A DNA stretch of 64,000 bases from Hyphochytrium catenoides (lineage: Eukaryota > Protista > Hyphochytriomycota): contig FLMG01002775.1 of NCBI GenBank assembly GCA_900088475.1, positions 50,120 through 114,119 on the forward strand, given 5' to 3'. Within the stretch, counting starts at the first letter, position 1. Every line of letters starts with the position of its first letter. The notes below the pieces were generated by a model. The model saw only the letters and a program-made list of their open reading frames with translations. It did no database searches and was not told the origin of the DNA. The position numbers and the translations under genes are program-made. Positions 61,827 through 64,000 of this stretch are shown in pieces.

Positions 61827-64000
61827 GGTTCAATCATATTCCAGCTTCTATCTGTCTTGCTCCTGCCCAATAGAGAAGAAAACTAATGCTGACTCTGCCA
61901 CCTTCATCAGTCACAGCTTGGAGAAGAAGAGCGGAAGCCGAGAAGCCGATCCCATCAAGCGATCTGTACACCTGTCACATACGGCGGTGACCTTGGTTCT
62001 GACGCTCTCTATATATAAGAAGGAGAAGAGCGACTGTCCCCAGTGGCCAAGCCAAGGAATGACATCACACCACCATCATCCATATAGCCGGTAACCGCCA
62101 GAAATAACCGCTAACGGCAAGAGCCGTGTTTGTCATTGGTGATGGAAATGAGAAGGCACGACGGCGCTTTTCCTTTGTTATTTTATTGACGCGCCTTCTT
62201 CAGTTGGTGGTAGACCGATGAGAATCTTCTTCTTCTCCTCCTCCAACAGCCTACTCTCGTCATCCCTCTTGGATATAATACTCTTTCTTATCTGCTAACT
62301 GTCTGAGCCATAACCGGGGTGCCCGGTGAGGTTGTGCTGTTGCTGATGAGATAGCAGGCGTCACTAGGAGTCAAGCCACATGGAGATTGATCAAGAGCCC
62401 GCAGTAAGAAGGCAGCTTTATTGAAGAGCAGAACAGGCCCCTTCTCCCTTGTTCTCAAACCGTGCCGCACCAGCAGGGGACAGTGAGTGACACCTATGGC
62501 GTCCGAAGTCTGCTCATCGCTTTATCTCTATAGATTGAATCTCTGCTCCTACACTTCCCTTTATAGTCTACTGCCACACACAAGCACTTGTTGCGCGGTG
62601 TGAGAGATCTGATAGAATCCTGACCCAAAGGAGAGGAGATAACTGTCGGGACGGAGGAAAATATTGCCTGTTGGAAGCTTGACGCAAAAGTATAAGCCAT
62701 TTTGCTCTCCGGAGTCTTGATGTAGGAGGATGAGTGTCACCATCGAGCCTTACTCTCAATGCGAGTAGCGACCAGCAGTATCAACGTTTCATTGCTGTTA
62801 TCTTGTTAGTTATTACTCAGAGATCGCATAGACTCTCAGGATATCTGCACGCGGTGATCGAGCCTCCTGGCGGATAAATAACATTCGCATCCTGGTGGAC
62901 AAGATCACTATAGCGTCGTGAACTCTGTTAGGGTGGCGGCGGGTTCTCTCCATCTCCCTTCCTTTGCTCTTGCGCGCCTGGCCGGCCCTCCTCTGGTTGG
63001 GGGCCACACCGGAGGACGAGATCGAAAGTGGTTAGAAAGACACCCAAAGCAAACCCGTCAACTTAGTTGAGCAATCTCCCCCATGCCACAAGGAGGTAGC
63101 AACAGCCTGGTGTAAATAAAGACTGTCAAGATCAAATGCGATCATTCGCTGATCCCCGTGGATTGCTTCAGGCCGTCGTCACTGAAGAGCGTCCTAGTGA
63201 TGGTTCACTGTGGCTCCTATTCGTCAACATTCCAGCATGTAGTGCTTATACTTTCTGTTCCTGAGACAGCCGCCCGGTCTTCCATCTGGGGTGCGGGTCT
63301 TGTGGGCTTGGTAGTAGAGATTGGTTTACCATCCCAGTAACTGAGCCTAGCCTAGCGCATGCCGACCGAACTCCACCACTACTGCTTCCCTTAGTAGGGG
63401 TAGGTAGATCGAGAGGTGAATAATAACGGCGCGGAGTTCGCAAGGGGTTGGCGTCAATGTAACCTCACTAGTAGAAGAGGTCTCACCACCACCCGATACA
63501 GCCATCAACATAAACACCCTTGTGGCCAATGACAAGAGGAGGATGCTCTCTTTCTGAGAGAAGGCAAGGTTGCTGAACATCTCTTTATTAAATTAAATAT
63601 AGAACTATCATGTATGTACTATACATGCATGATACTGTAGGTGGAGGAGGAGGCAGCAGCAGCATGATGACGCTTCGGGATCTGGGAATAAACTTGGAGA
63701 AGAAGCATCAATGAAGCAGAGGCGTCACGCTCCGTTACCTGACCTCGGCACTTCTTGCTACATGGTCGCTACTACACCTCGATGATCGATGACGTTACAC
63801 GGACTTTAAAGTGCGAGGGCTTGAAGGCGTCTTGCTGATAAATCTGGATCATCTTCTTCAGGCAACAGGCAGCTCCTATATATGACTGCCGGAGTCCGCT
63901 GCCACTTGAGGAGACGGAACAAACTTTCACTTCATATGGTGAAGTATGGGACTGCTAAATCTTTGGCTACACATGGCACATGACCAAATGGCCGAGCCAG

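Noticed and set aside
61450-62094. 214-aa plus-strand ORF
   Set aside because: Largely the antisense of COQ8 exon 1; Ser/Thr/Cys-rich with no motif.
1-64000. Alternative genetic code or stop readthrough suggested by the fragmented ORFs
   Set aside because: The breaks in conserved genes are explained by spliceosomal introns, and long exons translate cleanly in the standard code.

Overview
Intron-rich eukaryotic nuclear DNA (about 50% GC). Introns are mostly 60-350 nt, GT-AG, often with a CTRAC-type branch point near the 3' splice site, and at least two appear to use GC-AG. The gene content and a TTAGGG-type repeat fit a protist, possibly a stramenopile, but this is inference only. I reconstructed nine multi-exon genes by hand: GTPBP1/2-like GTPase (-), CW-RING-PHD protein (+), multidomain acetyl-CoA carboxylase with about 40 introns (-), lipase-3/J-domain/EF-hand fusion (+), PP2C-cNMP-pseudokinase (-), divergent P2C (Na+/K+-like) ATPase (-), IQ/coiled-coil protein (+), anoctamin/TMEM16 (-) and COQ8/ABC1 kinase (-). 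Three observations stand out. The anoctamin has its Ca2+-coordinating glutamates replaced by Ala/Ala/Lys. The P2C pump has a rewired ion-binding site (PQGL, two new His) and only one coding intron. The lipase-DnaJ-EF-hand architecture is one I do not recognise. Also present are a decayed partial exon duplication inside an anoctamin intron, an interstitial telomeric repeat and a recurring TAAC(C/G)G intergenic motif. About 22.5-28.3 kb and 62.1-64 kb are unexplained. No CRISPR, rRNA, tRNA or intact transposon was found. All exon models are manual and need RNA-seq confirmation.
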